Origin: Tubulanus polymorphus
Taxonomy: Eukaryota; Animalia; Nemertea
Assembly: GCF_964204645.1 (NCBI RefSeq)
Contig: NC_134027.1
Coordinates: 22,468,560-22,532,559 of the forward strand
Direction: 5' to 3'
Length of the DNA stretch: 64,000 nucleotides
Shown: positions 23,694 to 36,112 of the stretch, piece by piece
How the letters are laid out: each line of letters opens with the position of its first letter
Position numbering within the stretch: the first letter of the stretch is position 1
Notes under the pieces: generated by a model
What the model was told of the DNA's origin: nothing
Database searches by the model: none
Seen by the model: only the letters and a program-made list of their open reading frames with translations
Program-made: the position numbers and the translations under genes

Positions 23694-26600
23694 GTGTTTC
23701 CCAGTGTCGTCTGCGTTGGGATTATAAGCGTCTTTGTATATGGGTGATATTAAAATACAAGAGACCGTAGCAAATCGGTGAAACGCTCAACGAATGATGT
23801 TTCTTCTCAATAGCAGCAATGTTATCGCGCACAGCTGATGTATAGATAGAAAAAGTTGTTGTTATAATCTTTTTCGATGTATTTCAAACGAAATCAAATC
23901 AATATTGCCACTTAAAGAGCGCCCTTTTTCGCTGTAACGCTATGCAGAGGCGCTGCTGTGCTGTTTTGGGTAGCAAGGTATTCAAGGTCCGTTCGCAAAG
24001 TTGAACTGTCGGTGAAGCTGTCAGGTTTGAGGACTAAGCACCAGCTAAAGAATTGCTAATCCGGGCGCGCCACCCGAAATATTTCAGTCGGTATTTCCTT
24101 TAGGTGAGATGGTCCTCTGTTCTTTGCCGTGTGCGCGTAGCCGGGCCTAACTCAGCATAGAAAACGACTAGATGTGATACTTATGTTTATTATGTACATC
24201 GGGCTCCCAGGGGTAAATTGTTACTGTAATCGTACATACAAAGTCTCCCCAAACAACGCTAAAAGTGTTACGTGCACTGTTGTATCGCTTTACACGCTTT
24301 TATGTATTTTGTTTATTAGTTTATAGATTATACCCCTGATAAATATATCGTACGAGTGATGATACTGATATAGCGGAGAATACGGTTCCCATGCGTCTAT
24401 TTCGATATTCGCTGCTGCAACAACGGCGAAACCGGGAGCAAAAATCTCCTCTTCGGCTAGTTCGTCGTTTCAGGCGTATATGAACATCTCTTCAGGCAGT
24501 CGTCTAGGAGAATTTTGCGCTCTAAGCTCAGTCATTTTAACTATACGAATTATATTATACGCACCATCTAGGAACCGATCGACTTAAAAATTGCGTATGA
24601 CAGTAATAGGACCGATAAATGTGGAACCCCCGGCGCAAGTTAACCAATAACTTCGGAAAAAACCACTTATAGCCGTAGAACCTTCCAGAAAATAGCTAAT
24701 CTCATTGACAATATTAATATAGGGCAACTACGGTGCAGCGACGTCGTAAAATGTCAGACCAATTATGGAGACATGGTTCTTTTGGATTCCAAGTGTATTT
24801 ATTTTGTGGAAGTAATCGTCTAAAAACATGGTCTAATAACTGTAATAGGCATTTAGTGCCAAGCCTGTTTTTTTTTTATAATTCTTTCAAATACACGCGG
24901 ATGCCTCTGATTTTCCAAGCTTTTCTGGACCAGGGCCCAGACCCACCGCAAACTTAAAAACGTCAGTTCATGAGTTTGATTTTACTATAGATTCAAAAGC
25001 AGTTTGTTTTGAATTGATGCATCTCTGCTGGGGTGAAAAAATGTATATCCCTTCGATATGGAATTGCCATTCTCGAGTTGTCACAGAATGGCAAATCAAA
25101 GGATAACTTCATCTACAGACTATAAAATTATCGACGCAACGCGAATTTCGATGAATTTTTCTCTGCGCGAAGCGTTGGCGAGATTTTCTTTTTTTTCCGG
25201 CCTGGAATATTCGCGTCTCAACTCCCAGAGGGTATCACGAACGCTGGAATATGAACGTTTTTCTTCGAACGCCGACGACGATTCTCCGCCGGGCAGAGAT
25301 TCGCGTATTCTTGTAACAGCGGCGAAAATTATCGAATATCTGTATAAACGAGATTCGTTTCGCAGGCGCGCACAACGCGATAGATTTATCATTGAAGCTC
25401 TTTCTCTCTGCAACTAGTTCGACGTTTCTCTCTTCTTCCCCCTCTCTATTTTTACAACACCATTCCGTCGAATGTCTGGATATTTTCTGTCATTTGTTAG
25501 GGTGGATTACGCTTTTGGGAAATCCTCTTTCCCCACCGAAAATCCGACGTGAATCAATGAATGCCAGGGCCAATTCATTACTCTTAGAACTTTATCATTT
25601 TTCATAAAAAGAATCCTTAAAAGAAAGTGATATTCATCGTGTAATAGTTTTCGCATATATAGTTGTCCTTGTTAGAAAAAAGAATTCACAACGGACAACT
25701 TTTTTACAGTGTTTATTTGAAACGTTTTCGTCTTTTCTAAAAAAAACTGTCCATTTCTCACCAATGTGGAACCTGCGACTTCATGTGGCAATTGAGGATT
25801 CCACCTATGACAGGCAAGGATCCACCAGGTGTCGCTAATAGATATCTGGATTGCTTATTTTATATTTTAGTTGTGTTTTATAATTTCAACACTTATTTAT
25901 GTCAATCTGTATACCTCTAGTTGAGGTGATAAGTGTAAATGAATTTCATTTCATTTTCATTAGCTGGTGTTGCGAGTTAGCCAATAATCATGCGCATTCA
26001 TTCACGGGTTCTATAGTGACATTGAGACGATCTTTTCTTAGAGCGCTTCATTATTCGTCCGCGTTAGTTCGGTTTCAAAGCCGAATCACATTGGACGTTT
26101 ACGCAGTGGTTGCGTATTAGGTTCGAATCTGTCAATGCATTTTATTCTATGTATCAGTATTTTCTTCAATTCCCATCATCCTGAACGGCCATGCAAAAAC
26201 CCGTTATCGCTGCTTAGCAGCTATATTTCAATTCAAAGTTTGGTAAATGATAAGATTTTATTCATGTTTCACTCCCAGCAGTTGTGGTGGGTTGAAGGGA
26301 CACCAAATCAAAAAAAAAACAAATCAAACCAAATCAACCAAACGAACAAAACAGAGGGACAATCCCTATTTTAAAATCGAAAGAAAAAAGGATTTCTTGT
26401 AAAGTTTTGTGATGATCTAGAATCTGCATTAGAATTCCACGCTACAAATCTATATTAGATTTGTGTTGTTCACAAGTTCATCATTACAAAATGTCTACCT
26501 TTTCTCTGGCCTAACTTGCCTGTTTGTTATTTTCGATATTTTGCTCATGACGCTGGAATTTTTACGATCTGTCGGAGAGCGTTCCCACTAACTTTCAATA

Positions 26601-27224
26601 CGTTCTCGTTGTTCCTTAGATGAATTCTTCAACTAAATGCTAGGTATTTGTAATAACCGATAGACTAAATACAAAAATCACAATAAGGGGCAATAGTGCA
26701 AATCTCAATATTAGACACTCTCACTCATAATTAAATCTCACCAAGATAACCTATCGAATCTGGTCTGTCGTGTCTATAGCCGCTGTTCCTGGAATTCGAT
26801 TCTAAATGTTTGATTTGGAACCAAAATCGTTGGTTGAATAGTAAGAAACAACCGCTATTTGGCAGTTTATTTACGTCAGGAAGTTCTGGGCTTAACGTCC
26901 GATTTGGTGTTTCGCAACAGCTGCGAGACGAGCAGATGGACGCAGCAGACGGCGCAAACCTTCTAGCGATTGTTGTTCAATCTTAACCTTCACCCCAACG
27001 AATGAGTCGAGAAGAAACACGTTCTCTTGCACTATACGAATCAATGGATATTAGCTGTGAATCAAAAAGAATCCCGTTGATTGCGAATCGTCTACGCTGC
27101 TATACGGGGTACGAACAACAACAACAAGAAAAACAAACCCCTTGTACGAAAACATTGTTTCGAATTGTTCTACGGTGTTCTTCAACTTGCGCGCAATCGT
27201 TGAGCTTGATCCTCCAGAGACAAA

Positions 27225-27412
27225 ACCAACACGAACACGAAACCGGGTCTACAATGAAATAAGCCCACACCAACGCGGAACTGCATGAACACAGAATGAT
27301 ATAAACCTCACGCAACTGTAGAACTGGGTTTAGAATGAAATAAACCCACGCAACGGTGGAACTGGGGGTCAAATTAAACCCACAGCAGTTGTGGGTTTAA
27401 TTTGACCCCCAT
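27225..27412. repeat. About 40-bp tandem repeat (same family as 29128-29530), ending in a palindrome
   Basis: aaataaacccacgcaacggtggaactggg units. Confidence 0.7.
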
Positions 27413-29127
27413 TTAATTTGTTTTGATTTGTTATCGGTAGATTGTCTCTTAGTCTCTTGCATTTCTACAGCTACTGTAGGAATGCACGGACTGAGAGTCG
27501 ATTTCAAACCGTTAACAATTAGATCAGGATCCAAAGACACTGTTGTGAAACTGGATCGAGAGTCAAATTACCAGCCGAGACGCGTCGCGTAAATTTTCAT
27601 CTTTTTTTTCAAACCGTATTCGTCGATAATTACTGACGTCGTTTAGTGTCAGCTGGGAGAGGAAGTTTGTACGAAATCGTGATCAAAATAGACGGTGCGC
27701 GTAGACAGTGGAGCGATAACAGCGGAGTTGCTGCGTGTTTTTTTAGATGTTAAGAGCTATAGCAGTTGTTCTCAGAAAATTCACGCCTGCGAATTTAGAG
27801 CGGATCTAGATTATCTTGTTTTAACAATTTTAAGTTTTTCTCGTTTTTATCATCGTTGCTCAAAATTCTAGGCTACTTTTTTAACATTACGTACGGATTA
27901 TGGTCTCGCGCTCTGCTTTTGGCTAGTTTTGAAATAGCTACCGGGATTTCCTCGCGCTTTTTATGTCGATGTGTTTCCCCTATCGTCTTCCCCGCATTCT
28001 CTCTTGCTGTATCGTTCGGTTTCCTCTCCCTCTCTTCTTCTCGCCCTCCGCTCTCATTTCCACCCTACACATCTCCCACTCTCTCCCCGGTATCGCTCTA
28101 TCAGTCTCCTTTCCCCGGGAGGGGGTTCATGGGGTAGGGGTCTCGTAAAGAAAATATATTAAGAAAATATACTATTATCATCATTATAATCATTATCGTT
28201 ATTACTACGTTACGATTCAAATCTTTATTGATTGCTGTTTGGGCGTCTGCCAGAAATTAGGTAATGCACACATTTTTTAAGTTTCGTCAAATTTCAGGAA
28301 AATGCATTATTCATTGAAATATAAGAATATGAAATATGATATATATCAGGGTAACACTACGCTTGACCCCCTCTGCTCAAATTTCTGCACCCGCCCCGCT
28401 CCCTCCCCTTCTCCCGTCTCTCCCACTGTCTTTTCTTCCCTATTTTCGACTGGTCGCGTCCTCTGAGTCCGGTATTTCTCCCCTCCCTCATTCGCTCTGT
28501 ACTGGAGTATCTCACTCCAAACCGCAACGATGATGCTCTACGTGAAATGAACAGGCAAGCAGCTCCCTTTTAAACAAGTTTCTGTTTACTCACGGCGGTT
28601 TTTCCCGTCACGTTTCTCTAAACGCTAAACATCGCGCGGCGTAAAGATTTCATTAAGAAACTCCAGTATAGCGTTTTTATACACCCCCTTAGAGGCGACA
28701 ACAGTAATACAAGACAATGAAAGCTCAGATGAAGTACTACATTTGTGTCGTCACTAATGAAAGATTTCCACTCCGAATGTATACTACCCAGCACAACGAA
28801 GAGTCAAGTCGACGTATAAGATACGAGGCTCCCTTATGCAACAATCATAGTTTTATGTATATGGATTGCGATCTTTTATCACGTTTCTGCGTGACTTTTC
28901 AAAGCTCTCTAATATAAAGGGTCATCATCTGATAGATCGCGGGTCATATAGCCATTATACATTACTGCAGTTTCGGCATTCGAAAACCTCAATAGCCATT
29001 ATAGTTTGTCTTCAAGAATATCATCACGTTTGTGAAAGTTTAATGCCGGTATTCTTGCTGAATTTGATTGATGCGTTCTCAAAAATACGGTATTTGAAAA
29101 TAGTTTAGTGCAACCTGATTTGAATAA

Positions 29128-29530
29128 TGTAACCGTGGATCCGGAGTTAGATTAAACCCGTTGAACTGGATTCAGAGTCAAATTAAACCCACCAACTGTG
29201 GAACTGGATTCAGAGTCTTAAACCCACACAACTGTGGAACTGGATCCATAGTCTAATTAAACCCACACAACTGTTGAACTGGATCCGAATCAAATTAAAC
29301 CCAAACAACTGTGGAACGTGATTTCGAATCAAACTAAACCCACATAACAGTGGAACTGGATTCAGAGTCAAATTAAACAACCCAACTGTGGAACAGGGCC
29401 CAGAAACCCTGCACAACTGTGAAACTGGATGCCGTGTCAAATTATTTCCACAGATTTGTGGAGCTGAATCCACGGTCAAAAATCGATTTCGCAATCCCAC
29501 GTGACTGATCGAACCTACTGTGGAAGTGGA
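29128..29530 (+). repeat. About 40-bp tandem repeat array (aattaaacccacacaactgtggaactggatccagagtca)
   Basis: About 10 diverged units. Confidence 0.85.
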
Positions 29531-29934
29531 TGGCCGAAATGAACCCGTTATATATTTTCATGATACACACTATCCGCGTTTGTAATTTATCTGGTTGAAT
29601 CATATTTTCAACGTGTGTCTGTTTTCTGGGTGTCAGTTTTCACATGAATTAAAGCAATTTATTGTCACGGAAATGTTCGTCATATCTTACAGGTTTTGAC
29701 ATTTAGAGGACGATATCCGCGTTTAACTCGAAGACGCAGAATTTTGCTCTTGACATCCGTTGCAGGAAACCAATGTACACGCTCCATGACATTAATTTGC
29801 AATTGAGGGAAAAATTCTAATTTCTCGCATCAGCACAAATCACCAATGTTGTTTATAATGTCGATACCAGGGAGAGATCAAAGAAATTTTGACAATAATC
29901 ACCCAAAAAAGATATACATAAAGAACGTTGACAT

Positions 29935-30205
29935 GATCCAGTTCCACAGTTGTGTAGGTTTTATTTTACACTGGACCCAATTCCACACAGTTGTGTGCAA
30001 TTAATTTTACTCTGGCTCCAGTTCCACAGTTGTGGGTTCGTTCTGACTTTGGATTCCAGTTAATCCACGGTTGTATGGTTTAATTTGGCTCTGGAACCAG
30101 TTCCACAGTGTTGTTTGGTTTTAATTCGACTCCGGACCCATTTCCACAGTTGTGTGGGTTTATTTTGACTCTGGATCCAGTTCCACGTGGGTTCAATTTA
30201 CTTCG
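29935..30205 (-). repeat. About 40-bp tandem repeat array, inverted relative to 29128-29530
   Basis: About 7 units of ctggatccagttccacagttgtgtgggtttatttt. Confidence 0.85.
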
Positions 30206-32730
30206 GGCCCTGTTTAACTCGGTGCGCAGGTTCATTATGCGTTGATGTATAACACTGTCGGCTTCGCATCTCAATTACTCGTGACCAAAATCAAATCACT
30301 CTTGTTCAAACTCGAAAAGGAACATTGTTGTTGATTTTTCATCATTTAGAACCGAACTCTCAAAACGTCACTATCGATTTGTTCCCATCGACAGCAGTTT
30401 TTCCTGTCTGAGTGCGCGTTAATGAGAAATCTAATTTACATCGAACTGTTTGCTTTCGTTCGTACGCGATCGTTAGTACGACCGAACGCGTGGCGCGGCC
30501 CTGTTTATTTTTCCGGCGCCATTTATCACCCGATTTTCGAGAGGTTTCGTCGAGAAACGAGCACTTATCGAATTATCTCTCTCGACGTTTGATCCCTGTT
30601 AGCGACAGCGCGGTTGTGCCGAAATGCGGTCTCGGAGAATCCGCGGACCCGAAATTGAATTTTCCCTGACGCGCAGTCATTCGGCGTAACTAGATTGGTA
30701 GGTCGGTGACAAGCGCTAAATGAGTTTACAATGGATTATCGTTATTGACGGGGATACACACGGTCACGCGCGCGCGCACTATATACACCCGGCGGCCCCT
30801 TGTCACAAATCAAGATGAAGGATATAATACGCGTAATCCTATTTCGACTCGCCGCGCACCTATCCCCGCATTCCGCAGTAGAGACTAAACGAATACGAAA
30901 CTACCGCATTAAGTACCTCGTCTCGTGGGCGTGTGGTTAAACCCCTGTTTCGTTCCCGGTATAGGTGTGGTGGGTTCGTAAAGGTCACCGAGTCAAAACA
31001 TATCCCACCTAATCTACCAATCAACTTAATAACAGTGACAATCTATATTTTGAAATCCGATATAGCGGCTGAATTGTGTGGTTGAAAAGTTTTCCAGGCG
31101 GATCTAACCTACCGCTATTTGATCTTGTAAGAGGGACTGACCCTTGCTATGTATTTGATTGATAGATTTCGTATGATCTTTCGAATTGGTGTCCTTTACA
31201 AACCCACCACACCTCGGGAGCGAAACAGGAGGTTTGATTTTGAAATCGGAAATCTAAGTACAGAGATATAGTTGTGTGATCGAGTCGAGTTAACAGAATT
31301 TTTTGTTTAAATCGAAGTAAATAATTAGGAATTATCGGTTCCGAAACCACCGCTATTACTGCTTGAGCGGCACTCATAAAAATGGGATGCTCTGATTTTG
31401 GACATATAGAAAATAGGTTTCATAGGTTTAGATTGCATAGAGGTGGTAAAATTACAACATTTTTTTTATTTCCGGGGAATCCCCGGATACCCCTCTCTGC
31501 GGTGCAGTGATGCTGGACTGAGCAGTGCTGAGGAACCGAGCCTCATTTCAAAAGCACAAACCATTTGGAAATTTAAGATTTGCATGTAGAATCAGACTCC
31601 GTGTCAAAATGTGTTTCCAGTTTCTGGGCATCATTTTGTGCGATAATTGTCGCGACAATTCTCACTTTTTTAAAACAAAAATTTTGATTTGAGAGCAGCG
31701 ATGATATGAAACAGGGAACCGCAACCACGCGTAAAAAAGATCGCGAATTTAATTTGAAGTATCTAACTATCTGTCAAAGCTGAATTTCCGTTATCATCAA
31801 TTCGGGCTTGCGTTTGAATTTTCTAATGCATTTCGTGACAACTGATCTTTAACCGCTTGAGCTTGAGATTACGTGTCAGAGGGATTTCCCACTGCGCACC
31901 GTCATTTCACTTAACGTGGAAATTTGCGAACTGGAAACCAGTTTAACTGAATTCTGTCTCGACAAAGCCACTATTCTTCGGAACTTGTTCCACCGTTAAT
32001 TTAGACCTTCACACGGTCGGAACTGTGGGCTCGGAAATATATCGGTTCGAATCCTGGTGGCGACAGAGTTTTTTTGGTTAAAGGTTCTTCTAAAGGGAAA
32101 AAAGAAAATCGAACCCGCTAATTATGCCGTGCGTGGCGCTCAGTGGGTTGAGGGAATTAAAAAAGAAATGAATCCAGTACATTTTGATGAAAATCACAAA
32201 ACCAGTCGAAATAAGTACATCCAACTCTGAAACTGGTTCTACGAGTCAAATAGATATTGTCAAACATGGCCGATAGGTAAACAATCTCGTGTTGGGAATC
32301 TAATCTGTGTATGTTTTGCCCGACAGTATTTGTATAGGAGGCAAGGTTTGAAGTCGGAGACAAAACCAGTACCTGATTCAGTTGATTAACTGCGCCGTAT
32401 CGACACATCCACGCTTACATACAAGAGTATATAATCTTTGCTGCAGTTCTCGAGGCCGCGCGAAAAAAATCTTTGTTTGTTTTTTTTTTATAACCAGCAG
32501 TACCGTAATACTAGTTACTATTACGCTTGTCAAAAGTAGTCAATTTTCAGTCAAATTTTGATTGTTTCTTTAGGCTTTTGAACTCATACTATGTCACGGG
32601 GGCCACTAAGTATACATTTGCGATTTTCTATTAACTCATTTGAATAGTTTCCATTATAATTTGATTTGTTTAAGAGCGTAGTTCATTCGATTTAAGCAGA
32701 AATGGTAGAAGAAATTGAACGGCGTTGACT

Positions 32731-34220
32731 GAATACGAATACGAATACGAATACGAATACGAATACGAATACGAATACGAATACGAATACGAATACGAAT
32801 ATTTATTTACACTCCTACCATTTCCATGGTGTATGGAGGAAAACAGTATTTACAATAATTACATAAACAGTAATAAAAGCTACAAAACTTAATTAACTGG
32901 TCTCACACTTATGTACAAAATATACTATTTACTATTTACAATACATATATTTACAATACATACACTACCGGAGGGATTTATATACATCTAGACCTATTTT
33001 GATGAATTTAGCCGTATTTAAAGTTGGATTTTTTAATACATCTAAGTTCCGAAAGGTATTTATATCTAAGTGGTTTTCACGGGGTTCGGTAAGCAAATTA
33101 CAATCGAAAATAAAATGTACTTCGTCTCCTAAAACGTTGCAGGCGGGGCATAATCTATCGGTTCTGGGTAGATGAAGGTTTGATAATCTATTTACAGGTA
33201 GGAGATAAGACCCAATCCTGAACTGGAATAAACTGGTCACTAAATCGTCATCAAGCTGATTAATATAGTTTTCAAATTTAATATCCTTCTTTGTGTATAG
33301 CGAGTTATTATTCAACTTAAAATCTATCTCTTGTACGTGCTGGTCTCGGAGTACACATTTTAATTTCTTTGAGAGTGTCATAGAGTTAACCATTAATTGC
33401 TGCGTCCAAATATACGATAGACCGCAGTCATCAAAAATCTTCTTAATAAATAACAGCCAGGGGCTCTTAAACCTGTCATTAATGTATAAATTGAGAGATA
33501 TTTTATAAAGGATTGAACTTAGTTTAGTTTGCTTGCACGATACCGTTTTAGCCCAAAAATTGATCATTCTACGCTTTACGTCAATATACATAGGATAACG
33601 CCCTAGCTCTGCCAGCACTTGCACATTATGGGAATATTTCGTAACTTTCATAATAATTTTACAGAATAAGCAGTGGAGGTTTTCTAGTAAATCGAGATTC
33701 TCATAACCCCAGATTTCGCAGCCGTATAGTGCTACAGGAGCGACACACATTTCAAATAGTTTAAGCATTACATCTATCGGAAGTTTCAAACGTCTACCCT
33801 TCTGAATAATAAAAAACATGGCTCTCATAGCTTTATCATAAAGACATTTTTTTGCTTTAGCGAAACTGCCATTCCAGTTGAATTTTACTCCAAGATACAA
33901 ATAATCTTCAACTACCTCTAACTCTTGGTGACCAAACATAAATTTTCTAGAAATTTTCTTGATCCTACTTTTATTTCTAGCGAAGACTAATATTTTAGTT
34001 TTATCAACATTCACTGAAAGGCCATTGTCGGCGCTATATTCAAATAGTGTATCTAAATGTAACTGGAGAGATTTTTCATCTTCAGCAAGAATGACTGTGT
34101 CATCTGCATAAAGGATAGTGAATAAGTTGAGTAAAGTCCCTAGTTCTGGATCACAATTAAGATTCAGTTTTTCAATAAATGACAAAGTTGGATTACTGCG
34201 CGTGAGAAAAAACTCTGAGG
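32731..34220 (-). mobile_element. 5'-truncated non-LTR retrotransposon (LINE, CR1/L2/RTE-like group) with (ATTCGT)n 3' tail
   Basis: ORF with RT motif YADD, thumb YLYLGV and C-terminal C-x2-C...DExHF-x3-C. Short 3' UTR, AATAAA, then about 12 copies of the hexamer at 32731-32801. Confidence 0.92.
32965..34185 (-). CDS. LINE ORF2 fragment (C-terminal half of reverse transcriptase and C-terminal domain), truncated and probably not expressed
   Basis: 406-aa uninterrupted frame LFTILYADDTVILA...RLCPACNVLGDEVHFIFDC; it lacks the endonuclease and the N-terminal RT motifs. Confidence 0.85.
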   Translation of the reverse strand: MSFIEKLNLNCDPELGTLLNLFTILYADDTVILAEDEKSLQLHLDTLFEYSADNGLSVNVDKTKILVFARNKSRIKKISRKFMFGHQELEVVEDYLYLGVKFNWNGSFAKAKKCLYDKAMRAMFFIIQKGRRLKLPIDVMLKLFEMCVAPVALYGCEIWGYENLDLLENLHCLFCKIIMKVTKYSHNVQVLAELGRYPMYIDVKRRMINFWAKTVSCKQTKLSSILYKISLNLYINDRFKSPWLLFIKKIFDDCGLSYIWTQQLMVNSMTLSKKLKCVLRDQHVQEIDFKLNNNSLYTKKDIKFENYINQLDDDLVTSLFQFRIGSYLLPVNRLSNLHLPRTDRLCPACNVLGDEVHFIFDCNLLTEPRENHLDINTFRNLDVLKNPTLNTAKFIKIGLDVYKSLR

Positions 34221-35720
34221 TAACTATATACTAGCGCACCTGGCGGATCCTCGCTTGCCATTAGCGGAATCCTCAATTGCTGCAGTAGTAGCGTTGAGTT
34301 CTGTACACAAATGTTTAACAGAGCTCACATTCATCACAAAATGAATAAATTACACTGAGTTTGTATATTATAACGATAACGGATATGTTCACACCCAGGA
34401 TGCGCTGCAGAATCTAAGTTTTGTTAGAAGCTACAGCTAGTCCTAGAGTAAAAATGAACATATAAAGCACAAAATGACGGTGCTGGAAATACTACAATTT
34501 ATTATGGTTTTGATTATGAGTTTTGCAGCTGTGTATGTGTACACTATTTGCATCAAAATTCATTTTTCAAAAGCAGACCTTTTCGAAGTTTGGATGGCTC
34601 GTCGTAACCATAATGCTGTAATCTTAAAGGGGCTGCATTCATTGTTAATATTGATAGAATATTGACATCCACTCTGGTAGGGGCAGCAGATATTCTATAA
34701 GGGCTGGCCACCCCTCTAAACCCTGTTTTGGAAAACACTGCCCCTTAAGCCTCCGAGCTACGGGCCCGTATCTTTTTTAATTTTTTGCTGTCGTTGTAAA
34801 ACTAAGAATTATGCTAACGTTGGCCTGAACATCGCCCGCCGATATAGCAGTAGAAACCGGTCATTCATCGTTACAACGGCTTTTAGTCTCGACAACCGAT
34901 GGTCCCAATAGATTCCGTTCGCTTGACGTAATGAAGTCATCCGTTTTTTCCTCTCACAGTCTCCGCTGCTCCTAATGCTGAAAGTGATATACACACTTAT
35001 ATAGATATATATATATAGCGTGTGCATCTTTATCGGCGATATGAGACAGACACTGGTCGTTCTTTGCAACAATTGGTTGCCGAACGATTCTTTGGACTAT
35101 TCAATAAGATCTGATGACAAAAGAGCGAGTCCAATATCAAATCCCAGCGCGGATCGGCGCCGGCAGGTTCTCATACGGATTGATTCGACTCCCTGGTCGT
35201 TCATTTATTACGCGCACAATACAGAATATATGATAAAGATCCGTTTGATTCGATCATTTTTCATTATTTGTCATTTTGTCGCCGAACATCTGGCCCCACG
35301 TTCTCCGAATTGGACGCTAATTTCATCGGGAGTCGAGAATGATTAACGAAAGTCCCCGAGGAGTCCGGACTCACGAGTCCAATCACGTAGAGTTCACCAA
35401 TAACAACCCCTTCTAAACTAACAAGTTAGAGTTCGCCATTCACATTCAACTGCCCGGCGACAAACTTTACCAAATATCTATATTCTGTCTGACAGGGAAT
35501 GGAAGATTTAAGACCCGTTTCTTCCAGACATCTCTATTTATCTATCTTCCGTCGTTCGGTACAAAATTATAGCGGTTTATGAATAATCAATGTATCGTAT
35601 TTTGGAGCTCTATATCTATCGGATTTTCTCGATGCGCCGTACGTCCACTGCAAAGCACATGTTTAAGCGGTTCTTTATTTTTGCAGTCCCAACACACCAG
35701 CCGCCTAGCCGTCAAGATAC

Positions 35721-36112
35721 TTAAACCCGCAACTCACGCGACGCATGAGACAAGGAAACACGAGACAGAACATGTATCAAAGAGCTTGTTTCCGTGTGTC
35801 GTGTTGACGAGAAACTTGTGTCTTTAAGAAAAACTCGAACGTGGTTTCGAGAACAAAATTTTCGCGACAAGAGACTGAGGCAAAAACAGATTTGTGGTAT
35901 GGCTATGCCCGAGATGCACACTGACTGCTCCCGACAGAGTCGAGTAAAATACACTATAGGCTTAAATGCATATAGAAATCATACAAAACTATATGTCAAA
36001 GTACGTAAGATACGGAAACGCCTTGATTGGTCAGAGGTTGAGAGCTGTATGAGACCATACATGTTTGTTTCCGTGTTTCCGTGTTTCCGTGTGTCGTGTG
36101 CGCTGAGTATTA
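35721..36112. mobile_element. MITE with GGAAACAC subterminal repeats; related partial copies at about 4431-4575 and 23444-23560
   Basis: Left gacgcatgagacaaggaaacacgagacagaacatgtat faces right atacatgtttgtttccgtgtttccgtgtttccgtgtgtcg. Confidence 0.6.

Noticed and set aside
29128-30205. CRISPR-like appearance of the 40-bp repeats
   Set aside because: Contiguous degenerate tandem units without unique spacers, no cas genes, and a eukaryotic context.
32010-32076. GGTTCGAATCC followed by a T-run, tRNA-like (also 30920-30990)
   Set aside because: No recognisable A box or acceptor stem; at most decayed SINE heads.
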